IMG/VR virus record: IMGVR_UViG_3300016467_000054
Coordinates: 1 to 52,317 of that record
From: a virus
Lineage: Duplodnaviria; Caudoviricetes
Length of the DNA stretch: 52,317 bases
Direction: 5' to 3' (one strand)
In this document: piece by piece, positions 19,291 to 29,000 of the stretch
Position numbering within the stretch: position 1 is the stretch's first letter
How the letters are laid out: the number at the start of each line of letters is the position of its first letter
Made by a program: the position numbers and the translations under genes
Notes under the pieces: model-generated
Told to the model about the DNA's origin: nothing
The model's database searches: none
Seen by the model: only the letters and a program-made list of their open reading frames with translations

Positions 19291-19637
19291 AGATCTAAAA
19301 TGCTTTTAATATCTTTATTTTGACGCAACGTTTCGTATTTGTGATAGTATCTATTCGAAGCTTGAAAATACAGATCGGTTAGACCGTCTAAAAATGTCTG
19401 CAGATTGTCTATTAATACAGGAACTCCATTGTCGTCAATTACTGGAGTTTTTTCAATATTTTTTTTACTAATTAAAAAATCAATAAAGTTAATTAGCTCC
19501 CTAGATACTGTAAAAGTACCACCATTATAAAAATAAATTTGATTTTGCTCAAATTCTTCTTTAAGAGCACGTTTTTGATTTGCCAGATTTGTCATCAAAT
19601 TGGCTGTTTCTAGAGCTTTTTCTAAAAAGTTATCCAC
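19287..19637 (-). CDS. Hypothetical protein, possibly tail-fibre assembly chaperone-like (GTG start)
   Basis: AGGGGA Shine-Dalgarno before GTG. The pattern YFYNGGTF...IDDNGVPV is reminiscent of DUF4376-type tail assembly proteins (inference). Confidence 0.55.
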   Translation of the reverse strand: MDNFLEKALETANLMTNLANQKRALKEEFEQNQIYFYNGGTFTVSRELINFIDFLISKKNIEKTPVIDDNGVPVLIDNLQTFLDGLTDLYFQASNRYYHKYETLRQNKDIKSILDL

Positions 19638-19662
19638 AAGATTCCCCTACACTACGATAAAG

Positions 19663-19668
19663 TAGTTA
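19663..19668 (-). promoter_or_regulatory. Candidate late promoter variant (TAACTA) heading the enzyme operon
   Basis: GATAACTA on the minus strand, one mismatch from the (GA)TAAATA seen before other late genes, in the only sizeable gap upstream of the operon. Confidence 0.45.
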
Positions 19669-19694
19669 TCTTAAAAAATAAGGGGAAGTGTTAA

Positions 19695-20642
19695 TTATGA
19701 AGATGTAAAAGTTTGAGAAGCTGTCGGGCCTGTAACCGTAACTTCGCCGCTGCCTTGTGGTCTAAAAGATTGTACCACACTGTATGTTTGTCCCACTACT
19801 TCGTCAACGTTTTCCGATCTATCATCATTCATCTGTATAATGAATGTGATTTGAGTAGGGGAAGATACACTGTTAACATATGCCTTAATACTATAATCAA
19901 CAGCAGCATACAGACCAGCAGGTCCATTTGTTGTAAACAATGTGTTAGCAGCACCAGCAGATGTTGCAGTTATAGTGTAAAATCCATATGCGCTACCTGA
20001 GCCAGGTGTTGATGCGCTACCAGATACGGTTGAAGTTGAATTATAATTCATTGCAACTACACCCATGCCTGATGTTACATTAGGTGTATTACCAGTACCA
20101 TATGTAATATTTTGGCTTCCGATCATTGCCTGCCAGGCTACGTTTTTAGCACCGCTAGATCCACCAGTTGAACCAGTATTATAAGCGTTGAATCTTATTT
20201 GTCCGCCAGCATTAAAGAAATACCTTGCTTCGGTATTTGAAGTAAAACTAACAGTTACCGTATGGGTTATCTGTGTATACCAGGAAGCAGCATTACTACT
20301 AACCAAAGGTTCAATACCTGCTTTATTAGCAGCACAGGTAAACTTATTAGCAGTTACTAGATCAGCCATTGTATCATAATCGGATCTAAAAAGTTCGGTA
20401 ATTAGCGTGGATGTCGTAGGAATTGTTAAAGACTCACTAACACCAGTTTGGTGCTGTCTTGCTGTTAATAAATCTGTTCTTAAATTATTCCATAAAGAAA
20501 CCGATATTGTACTACCAGAAGTAGCAGCAGAACTAGATAAAGTCTGTCCATATCCATTTGAATTTGTACCTAACACTAGGTTAATTTTATCCCTAATATT
20601 ATTATAATCAGTGGTACTAATTATTGATCCAACGCCTGCCAT
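19695..20642 (-). CDS. Putative virion/tail structural protein, Ser/Thr/Gly-rich
   Basis: Last gene of the fibre block; beta-rich composition with YFFNAGGQIRF. Confidence 0.6.
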   Translation of the reverse strand: MAGVGSIISTTDYNNIRDKINLVLGTNSNGYGQTLSSSAATSGSTISVSLWNNLRTDLLTARQHQTGVSESLTIPTTSTLITELFRSDYDTMADLVTANKFTCAANKAGIEPLVSSNAASWYTQITHTVTVSFTSNTEARYFFNAGGQIRFNAYNTGSTGGSSGAKNVAWQAMIGSQNITYGTGNTPNVTSGMGVVAMNYNSTSTVSGSASTPGSGSAYGFYTITATSAGAANTLFTTNGPAGLYAAVDYSIKAYVNSVSSPTQITFIIQMNDDRSENVDEVVGQTYSVVQSFRPQGSGEVTVTGPTASQTFTSS

Positions 20643-20651
20643 TTTGATTCC

Positions 20652-22121
20652 TTATAAAATTAAAGCTTCTACTAGTTTAACACCAACTTCATCGTTAGAT
20701 TCTAGTGCAATAGCAAAGACATCAGTATTATTTCCCATTGCTGCTTGAGCAGTTCCGTTTGATCCTGCTACTAATCTTTGTCCTTTTAGCACAGGACCAC
20801 TTACTTTAACTGGTACACGGCCTTTTAGAGCAATAGCAGTGCCACCTTCTAATTGTGAATTCATTAGATGTGCTGGTTTAGCACTAACTGGCCCTACTGC
20901 ACGGAATCCTGGCTGGCAAGCTGTAACTTCTTTTTCGCCGCCAATCATTAAAACTGTACCAACTTCGTACTCGGAATCAGCTAGATATTTTTCTGCTAAG
21001 TCAGCAAATTTGGCTTGTGTAGCAGTTCCTTGGAACAAATTAGCGTATAAGTCGCCACTTGCATCTCGAGCAGCAATAGTTATTGATCCTGATGACACAG
21101 TTGTACTAGCTGTATAATATGTGCCGCCAACATTTAATTGATCAGCTTTAGTTGCTACACCGTTAAATGTGTTTGCATAAACTGTTGCATATTTTAATAA
21201 TGGTGATCCAACATTAGAAGTAGAATCAGTTCCAGGAAGTACATCATTTCCAACTAATGTTAACGGAGTTCTTGTTCCGCCACTAGTTGTTTGGAATTTA
21301 ATTGTTGTACTTTGTGCATTTTTAAAGACAGGAGTAGTACCGTCAACATCAATATAGACTGCAAGATCGTTACCGTTACCTAATGTATAACCTAAGTCAC
21401 TAAAAGAAACTACTGATGTAAATCCAGAACCTCCAGATGCAAGTACAAAATCAGTAGGAAGATATCCGCCTAATTTTAATGAATTAGATGCTGTACCCCA
21501 GTATCTGTGATCTGACGATGTTACTCCAGTACTACCAGTGTTAATTAAAGTAATACCCTTTTTAATTGTACTAAATCCAGTAATCGGATTTAAAGTATTG
21601 TTTAAAACAAACTCGTCAGCAGAAATAACATAAACTACTTCGCCGTCAATAATTGCTTTAACAATAGCGTGTAGATTAGTGTCAACATCTTTAACTGTTT
21701 CAGATCTTAATTCAGTTGTGCCTAATCCAACAGCAGTTTGTGGTCCGATTAGTGTAAAAGTCTCACCATTAAAACCGTAAAGCTGGTTATTAGTATCATC
21801 CCACCAAAAATCACCTACTGTTAATCCTGCAGGACCGCTAGGACCAACTTCAGCGCCGCCAGTGGTTCTCCAGTTGTTATTTTTGTCAAAAAACTTTAGC
21901 TTATTAGTGCCAGTATCATACCAAATTTGTCCGCTTATTGGACGGGGCGGTTGGCTAGATCCTGAGAAATTTTCAAGTAAATTTACAAAATTTTCGTTTT
22001 GTACTTCGCCGTAACCAGCATAATTTTTACCGATTAATTTAAGATCAGTTGTGGTGTCAATAGTGCCGTCCGAGACTACTGTAAGTACTGTATTATTATA
22101 TCTGTTAATGCTGTATGGCAT
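20652..22121 (-). CDS. Tail fibre protein with C-terminal intramolecular chaperone/autocleavage-like domain
   Basis: Shared N-terminus (LIGKNYAGYG...NENF..LLENF...GQIWYDT); C-terminal ADLAEKY...YEVGTV...IALKGRVPVKV. Confidence 0.8.
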   Translation of the reverse strand: MPYSINRYNNTVLTVVSDGTIDTTTDLKLIGKNYAGYGEVQNENFVNLLENFSGSSQPPRPISGQIWYDTGTNKLKFFDKNNNWRTTGGAEVGPSGPAGLTVGDFWWDDTNNQLYGFNGETFTLIGPQTAVGLGTTELRSETVKDVDTNLHAIVKAIIDGEVVYVISADEFVLNNTLNPITGFSTIKKGITLINTGSTGVTSSDHRYWGTASNSLKLGGYLPTDFVLASGGSGFTSVVSFSDLGYTLGNGNDLAVYIDVDGTTPVFKNAQSTTIKFQTTSGGTRTPLTLVGNDVLPGTDSTSNVGSPLLKYATVYANTFNGVATKADQLNVGGTYYTASTTVSSGSITIAARDASGDLYANLFQGTATQAKFADLAEKYLADSEYEVGTVLMIGGEKEVTACQPGFRAVGPVSAKPAHLMNSQLEGGTAIALKGRVPVKVSGPVLKGQRLVAGSNGTAQAAMGNNTDVFAIALESNDEVGVKLVEALIL

Positions 22122-22143
22122 TTACTCAACCCCTTGTATTTTA

Positions 22144-22149
22144 TATTTA
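22144..22149 (-). promoter_or_regulatory. Candidate late promoter TAAATA
   Basis: CTAAATAT overlapping the upstream stop codon, 22 nt before the ATG at 22121; resembles the T4 late promoter TATAAATA. Confidence 0.55.
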
Positions 22150-23235
22150 GTTCAAATCTTGCCAACCGGTCGATGTGTAAACCTGCACTTTACTAGTTGT
22201 AGTATTGAATATAATTTCCCCGTAATTTGCCGATGTAAGTGTTCTAGCGTCTCGATTAGCAGTTGTATACTGTGGTGGCATAAATTGCTGAGTTGCCCTT
22301 ACAGAACCAGTTACATCTAGTGTATATTGCGGGTTATTATTAAAAATTCCGACTCTACTTGTAGTACTTTTTACCGTAATCGCGTCTTGAGTAGTAGCAC
22401 CATACTTAACTTGAACACTAAAATCTTGAGCAGAGTTGTTGCTTTTTACACTGAATAATGAAGCACTAGAAATAACTTCGTAATTTTGATTAGGCCCTAA
22501 TATAAAAGGTTTAGGATTAGTTACTGTGATTGTACCGGTTGTGTTAGTATCATCTGTGGTACTCATAAAATCAGTATAATTTAAAGGAGTACCGCTCGGG
22601 CCTATTAGTTGTTCTGCTGAAGATGCAGTTACATTAAACTTCATATTAGCTAATGTTCCAGCGTTAAATCCAGGCTTTATGCTTCCACTAAATCCTTCAA
22701 TAGCAGTAGAAGGAGTAAATTCAATAGAATATTTGCTAAAAATACCTAGTAGTACATTGCCACAAAGAAGATACAATACAACTTTTTCATTATTATTTGT
22801 ATCAAGTATGGTTTCTACTCTAAAACCAGAAGTACCTTGACTACTTCCGTATATAGGGCCAGCTAAATTCCAACCTTGTCCGTCTGTAAAATATAATTGT
22901 TTCTCGGCGCTGTCTATCCACAGATCTCCTTGAACATATGTCAAAGGAGTAACGCCAGTTACAATAGGGCCACTTCCTTGTTTAAATCCAGAACCATCAT
23001 AAACTTTTAGTCTATTCTGACTAGTATCAAACCATAATTGTCCTGTAATAGGGTTATTAGGTTGACTAGTATTAGCAAAATTTTCTAATATATGTATAAA
23101 GTTTTCGTTAATATATTCGCCAAATCCAGCAACGTTCTTTCCGATTAAAGTTAGATCAGAAGCTGTTTGATCAATTGTACTATCTACAACTTCAGTTAAC
23201 AAAGATCCATCGGTTTTATTAATTTTATATGTCAT
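22147..23235 (-). CDS. Tail fibre protein (paralog)
   Basis: Same N-terminal module (LIGKNVAGFG...ENF...GQLWFDT); RVGIFNNNPQYTLDVTG fibre repeat. Confidence 0.78.
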   Translation of the reverse strand: MTYKINKTDGSLLTEVVDSTIDQTASDLTLIGKNVAGFGEYINENFIHILENFANTSQPNNPITGQLWFDTSQNRLKVYDGSGFKQGSGPIVTGVTPLTYVQGDLWIDSAEKQLYFTDGQGWNLAGPIYGSSQGTSGFRVETILDTNNNEKVVLYLLCGNVLLGIFSKYSIEFTPSTAIEGFSGSIKPGFNAGTLANMKFNVTASSAEQLIGPSGTPLNYTDFMSTTDDTNTTGTITVTNPKPFILGPNQNYEVISSASLFSVKSNNSAQDFSVQVKYGATTQDAITVKSTTSRVGIFNNNPQYTLDVTGSVRATQQFMPPQYTTANRDARTLTSANYGEIIFNTTTSKVQVYTSTGWQDLN

Positions 23236-25367
23236 TAAATTATCCTACCAGTAAAGATGATATAGTTTACAGTTAAGTACGGATTCATAACATTTAAAGG
23301 TACGTCTGTTAACGCTGTATTTTGTATTCCACCGCTGTTTGATAAGAATTGAGCAACTGCTCCGGTATCAAGTCCAGAACCTGCTACAGCATCAACATCT
23401 GTAATAGGATCGGGGCTGTTTCTGACCCCATAAAACTGATTACCTTTATTGCCTAACGAGTCTGTTCCTTTTAAATCGTGTTTGTGTTCTGGTAAATTTT
23501 GTACTTCAATTGCTTTTTCTTCTGTACCATTGCCATTACCTATAATGTCTGCTGTAACATCAGTTACCCTGTTTGCAGACGATGTAACAGTCGTTCCGGA
23601 TGTTGCACCAGTTGGTGCAAGAGGTACAGTATTGCCGCTAAACATAGAGTCTTGTCCTAACGGAAATCGTCCTCTTAAATCAGGTACAGCAAATGTAGCA
23701 AGACCTTGTAGTAAACCTAAAGCCTTATATGTGTAACCTATTACAGCATACAACTCTGGATACTGGCTGATTAAATATTCGCTGCCGTCACACAACAAGT
23801 ATCCATTTGGTGGAGTAGGTCCAGCATACGGGAATATTGCGCCGGTTGGTACTGTAGCTACGTTAGAAAGAAAACTTGCTTTAGTTGTTTTTCTTAATCC
23901 TGCTAAAGGTCTATAAATTAACAGCGTGTCAGTTAAAGCAGAATCTGTTACTGCATCTTTAGATGTTATAACATCAGAACTTAAAACTGTAGTAAAAGTT
24001 GCTAGACCATCTTCTTGCAAACCTGTAAAACTTATTGCATTACTTGCAACATCACCTGTTAATTGAAATATTGTTGGGCTAACTAATTTTGTAGCAGTTC
24101 CTGTAACTGATCCTGAAAAAGTTCCAGTAAATGTTCCTATAAATTGTGTAGTGTTGTCGCTGTTACCAATTGTATTTGCATAAATTCTTCTATATCTTTC
24201 TGTATCAGAACCGATATCTTTAGTAGCATTAACAGTAGGTAATAAAGGCCCGGTAGTAACTGTTCCTGCAATATTAGCATCATTTCCTACATATAAAGAT
24301 TTAGTTATACTTGCTCCTCCAGCAGTTTTTATACTGCCGGTAACAAGGCTAGTTGCATCAGTAGTCGATGTTATTGTTAACCCATCGCTAGCTACGATTT
24401 TACCAACTATGTCTAAAGCTTCTGTTGGGTTAGTTTTATTAATACCTATGTTAGTGCCAGATACTGTAATAACATCATTGTATTCTCCAGCAACATAAGT
24501 TCTTACATAGATGCTAGCACCCTCTGTTTTATTAGATAGTAATGTATCGCCGTTTAAAGAATTTGATAACGAACTATTTAAATCGCTTCCAAATGTTAAA
24601 CCAGAGTTACTTCTAATATTAATACCAACGTTTGCTGTAGTTGCAACATCAGCTCTTAAAAAATTATTAGCATCTAGACCGTCGGGATAACCAGTAACAA
24701 TTAATTTATTTGCTTTTTCTGCTACACCCCATAACTTATTTAGAACAGTGCCATCTAAATCAAAGTCTTTAGTTGATATATTGATACCTTGTTGTATGCC
24801 ACTGTTGGTAAATCCTTCAATTGCTACTTTTGGCGTAAATGCATCCTTGCTGATAATGGCAACTATTTCATTACCAACAATAAATTTTATAATAACGTGC
24901 GAAACGTTTAGTGTATCATAGACTTGTTCTACGACCGGTCCTGATTGAGTACCTTCACTGAACTGTGGGCCAACTAAAATCCACGTAGCACCAGACCAAA
25001 TGTACAATTGTTGGTTAGCAGTGTCTACCCAGATGTCACCAATAACTGATGTTGTAGGACGAGTAATTGATTTTTTAACATTGCCTGCAGGTACCCAGTT
25101 AGTACCGTCCCATACTTTTAACTGTGGTTGACTAGGATTAGCAATACTATTAGTATCGTACCACAACTGTCCGATAACTGGACTAGTTGGGGGTGTACTG
25201 TTAGCAAAATTTTCTAATAAATGTAAAAAATTTTCTGCTAAAACTTTAGCATAACCAGTATAGTTTTTACCAACAAAGCCTAAACTTGTTTCTTGATTAA
25301 CTGTTTGATCAGCAACTGTGATGCTACCGTAATTATTTTTATCTGTATGGTCTATAGTATATGACAT
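23235..25367 (-). CDS. Tail fibre protein with tail-collar domain
   Basis: Same N-terminal module; PTGAIFPYAG.TPPNGYLLCDG...YPELYAVIG...PDLRGRF...HKH...MNPYLTVNYII. Confidence 0.88.
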   Translation of the reverse strand: MSYTIDHTDKNNYGSITVADQTVNQETSLGFVGKNYTGYAKVLAENFLHLLENFANSTPPTSPVIGQLWYDTNSIANPSQPQLKVWDGTNWVPAGNVKKSITRPTTSVIGDIWVDTANQQLYIWSGATWILVGPQFSEGTQSGPVVEQVYDTLNVSHVIIKFIVGNEIVAIISKDAFTPKVAIEGFTNSGIQQGINISTKDFDLDGTVLNKLWGVAEKANKLIVTGYPDGLDANNFLRADVATTANVGINIRSNSGLTFGSDLNSSLSNSLNGDTLLSNKTEGASIYVRTYVAGEYNDVITVSGTNIGINKTNPTEALDIVGKIVASDGLTITSTTDATSLVTGSIKTAGGASITKSLYVGNDANIAGTVTTGPLLPTVNATKDIGSDTERYRRIYANTIGNSDNTTQFIGTFTGTFSGSVTGTATKLVSPTIFQLTGDVASNAISFTGLQEDGLATFTTVLSSDVITSKDAVTDSALTDTLLIYRPLAGLRKTTKASFLSNVATVPTGAIFPYAGPTPPNGYLLCDGSEYLISQYPELYAVIGYTYKALGLLQGLATFAVPDLRGRFPLGQDSMFSGNTVPLAPTGATSGTTVTSSANRVTDVTADIIGNGNGTEEKAIEVQNLPEHKHDLKGTDSLGNKGNQFYGVRNSPDPITDVDAVAGSGLDTGAVAQFLSNSGGIQNTALTDVPLNVMNPYLTVNYIIFTGRII

Positions 25368-25978
25368 TAAGCTACCTCACTAAGACCTGTTAAACTTTGT
25401 ATACGAACAGTATAATCAATTTGAATTAATCTGTTCAATGATTTTTGAACTGGGTGAAAAATAACATGTGTTAACAATTTGCTTTGACCTGTAGGACTAT
25501 AACTCTTTAGACCTAACTCGTCAAATACATAATTTTCATCATTATTTGTGGTAACATCAAAGGCCTGTTGGTTACTAGGCTCACCGTAATCTAACAAACA
25601 AGTAACAAATACATCTGTATAATTTTTACCAGTTACATGTCGTGTTTCAATTTTATTTCTAGTAGGATCAACGTTTGCAAGAGCACGATCATCAACAACT
25701 TTTGTATAAGTTTCATTGTAAAGACTAGCGTTAGTACCTGTTGAATTAGGTGTCAAATAAGTAATGATACCGGTAGGATCAATAGTAGTTCCGCCGTTAC
25801 CAAAAGCCATCTCATATATAAACCCTTGTCCCGAGTTTCCAATGCTCTCGGCTAGTGCTATACTCATATTTTCATAGTGAATAGCATTACGTTTATTAAT
25901 ATAAACTTCGCCGGTAGAAGGATCAAATATTTTAATATGACCTTCTACGTGAATTCCGGATAAATCTTTACCTTGCAT
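25367..25978 (-). CDS. Putative baseplate wedge/fibre-anchoring protein
   Basis: Lies between the giant wedge gene and the fibres; MAFGNGG...FDELGL...LTHVIF pattern. Confidence 0.55.
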   Translation of the reverse strand: MQGKDLSGIHVEGHIKIFDPSTGEVYINKRNAIHYENMSIALAESIGNSGQGFIYEMAFGNGGTTIDPTGIITYLTPNSTGTNASLYNETYTKVVDDRALANVDPTRNKIETRHVTGKNYTDVFVTCLLDYGEPSNQQAFDVTTNNDENYVFDELGLKSYSPTGQSKLLTHVIFHPVQKSLNRLIQIDYTVRIQSLTGLSEVA

Positions 25979-25995
25979 AAGTGCTCTCTTTAATG

Positions 25996-26028
25996 TATTT
26001 AATTATTTCAATTATCTGCGTAGTTTTC
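25996..26028 (-). promoter_or_regulatory. Bipartite late promoter (18-bp upstream element + 9 nt + TAAATA)
   Basis: On the + strand: TATTTA at 25996-26001, a 9-nt gap, then ATTATCTGCGTAGTTTTC at 26011-26028. Confidence 0.65.
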
Positions 26029-26050
26029 TTTAAAAATCTTCTAACTTTCA

Positions 26051-26056
26051 TATTTA
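26051..26056 (-). promoter_or_regulatory. Second candidate late promoter TAAATA
   Basis: GATAAATA immediately after the giant gene's TGA stop. Confidence 0.5.
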
Positions 26057-29000
26057 TCAGGGCATGTACTGCGGATAAATTGTCTCATATGCTGTGACAA
26101 ACTTAGCAACAGGATTGTTAGAATCTATTAAATTCTTAGCCAAATAGTTTACGTTGTAGGCTTGTCCAGTGTATGTGTAAGCTACAATGCTACGTGTAGC
26201 ATCGTTGGATACTTGAGTAACTGTGATCATAATATCATTATCTGGGCTAGTTCCGCCAACAATGTTGCCTGCAATTTTTAAAACATCCCCAACAGTATAT
26301 CCAGATCCGCCAGTGTTGAGTGTCAATGCGTAGCCGCTGCCTACACGTTTAACATTAAAGCTAGCAGTTCCTACTCGTATATCTTTATAGTTCAACGCAA
26401 TACTAGTTTGGCTATCTTGCCAGACTTTACCGGTACGTTTTGTAACCATTACTCTGCCGTTTACAGCAACAGGATTAGTAAGCGTAACTGCACTACTTGT
26501 TCCGTTTACTGTAAATTCTGCAGGATATGTTGTGTCACCTTCAGGACTGTAAGGATATCCATTTGACTCTTCAAATCTAGTGTAAGAATTTTTGTTAAGT
26601 CTATATCCTTGAACAAATACTTCTAATTCATCAACAGAATTAGGAATATATCTTAGATTAAATGTAGTAGTACTACCATCGCTGATTAGTTTATCAACAT
26701 GTTGCGTATCATTATATGGAATAGTTTCTGAAGGTCCTAAATCTATAACATAGGTATTAATAGTATGTATAGTAGGAGTTCCTGTTCCTAATGTTCCTCT
26801 TCTTAATCTTGATAATGTATTACCATCTTTAGCAAAATACTCAATACGTTCGCCATTAATTTCAATTATACCAGGCAAATTATTTTCTGCAACAGGTTCA
26901 GATAGCAAAGATCCGTCTTGTACTATAAGTTCTGTATCAAATTGTGCTAGATCTTGTGCTAGTTTAGTGACTTTATTTTTGTTAATTCGTTTGTAATGAA
27001 CACGATTTAACATGTCTTTGAACTGCATATAGCCATAACCTTGAGTAACTTGTTCTCCAGCAAACACTATAACATCTAACACATCTGTATCTAATAATAA
27101 AGTTGATAACACAACTGTTTGATGATCTTCGGCTAGATAAAAATCAATAGAATGCGATAGCAAATTACTATTTTTAACTATCCAAATTTGATCATCGTTG
27201 CTGACAGGTTTTGTTAATCTTAATTGTCCGCCTTGTAATCTTTCATATCTAAAATAATCATAAGATCCTGAGACTAAGGAACCGCTAAGAGTTACAGTTT
27301 CTTTCGTTCTAATTATTTCTTCAACATTATGGTTGTAGAAAGTTATTACTTCAACTGGTGCAACTGTGTAATCAGCTGGTGCTGTATCAAAAATTATCTG
27401 TCCATTAACTATAGTATATTCTGCATTTTCAAAATTAGCTACAATTAGTGTGCTGTTATCTTTGTAAAGATCTGCTTTAATTTTTACACTAGGTACAGCT
27501 AAATCAAAAACATAATCTGTGCCAAATGTTAATTCTGTACCGTCTAGATAAACTTTACAGAAAGCAGGGTCAATTCCATATGGTTCGCTCTTATACAATG
27601 TAAGATTATATTCCAACTTTAAATCATTGAGTATAAAATATTCTGAATTATTTTGTGGAGATAAAATAGTTCCATTGATATTAACTAATACATTATTTTC
27701 ATAAGGTAAGTTAACACCTGGCAAATTATCTAAGTCAAATATTTTTGTTGAACCATCTGTTAGCAATGTTTGAGATTTAATTAGACTTGCTGAACTATTA
27801 TTATCAGCAGTTATCATATAGGAAATAACTGCTCCTTCAAGAGGTGATTCTCCAAACCTTATGCCAACACACGAAGGTTTATCATAAGTTGCATCTGTTT
27901 CAAACAATACATAAGGAACTGCTAAGCCGTCTACTAATACAACATTGCCTAAAGTTTCAACCCAAGGTGCATTTGTTATATATTCTGTAGTACTGCCATC
28001 TGATACAAAGTAATTTGTATCTAACAAATACTTAGAAGCATTTCCAAATGTAATTACATTAATAATTTTTTTGCTTGCAGGCGCAACTGCCATTACAACT
28101 TGTAAATTTGTCCAGTCGACAATATAATCTGCTGTTTCTTTTAGTATAACATTGTCTAATTTTACCAAAACAGCAGCATTGCTTTGTGGAACTTGACCAA
28201 ATTTAAATTCAGTAGTTGTACCGTCACAAATATAATTCTTAAACGCAATTTTTGCTGCGCCTGAAGTTGGCAGTTGGAAAACTTTAATAGCAACAGTATC
28301 AAATAGCTGTCCTGGTACTACTTCTTCAGGTGCATAACTTGTAGTAGGTGTTACAAATTCGTCGCCATCAACATTAATATCATCGGCAGCAAATCCTGTT
28401 GCAGTAGTATAAGTTAAATCACCGCCAGTTAATTGAGTATCATATTCGTTAGGCAATGGAGTATAACTACCGTCACTGGTTGCCTTTCTAAAGATAATAG
28501 TATCACCTTCGTTTATATCTAACGGAATAGGATCTTGTAAGTTTGGTAATACAAATGTGTCTGTAGTACCGTTGCCTACAATGGTCTGCATAACAACACC
28601 AACAGGAGCTGTTCTTCTTCCGTTTGGTTGTACTGTTATTCCGTCGTAACTGTTAAAGTACGGATCGTCTATTCTTGTGCCGTTTACATAAACGTTAATT
28701 TCTTCACCGTTTGCTGGAACATAAGGTAGTGTATAGCTGTATGTACTATCGCTAACTGTTACAATGTAATCACTAAAGAAAACATCAAATCCGTCCCAGC
28801 TATCTGAGAACCAAGGTAAACTATCCCAACCACCGCTGATATTAAATCCTAGTCCTGTGACTTCAACACCTCCGTAATCGACTCCCGTCATTAACTGTGC
28901 TAGATCCTTTCCGTACATTCCTGATTCAGGATTGTAGTAAAAATTAATTCTATCAGTTGCTGAAAGATGTTCAAAATTCTTCTTGTATGTAATTTGAATA

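Noticed and set aside
647-19637. DNA hypermodification cluster, suggested by the thyX neighbour
   Set aside because: Down-weighted rather than excluded: opposite strand to thyX, late-type context, and no recognisable TET/JBP, hydroxymethylase, nucleotide kinase or DpdA gene.
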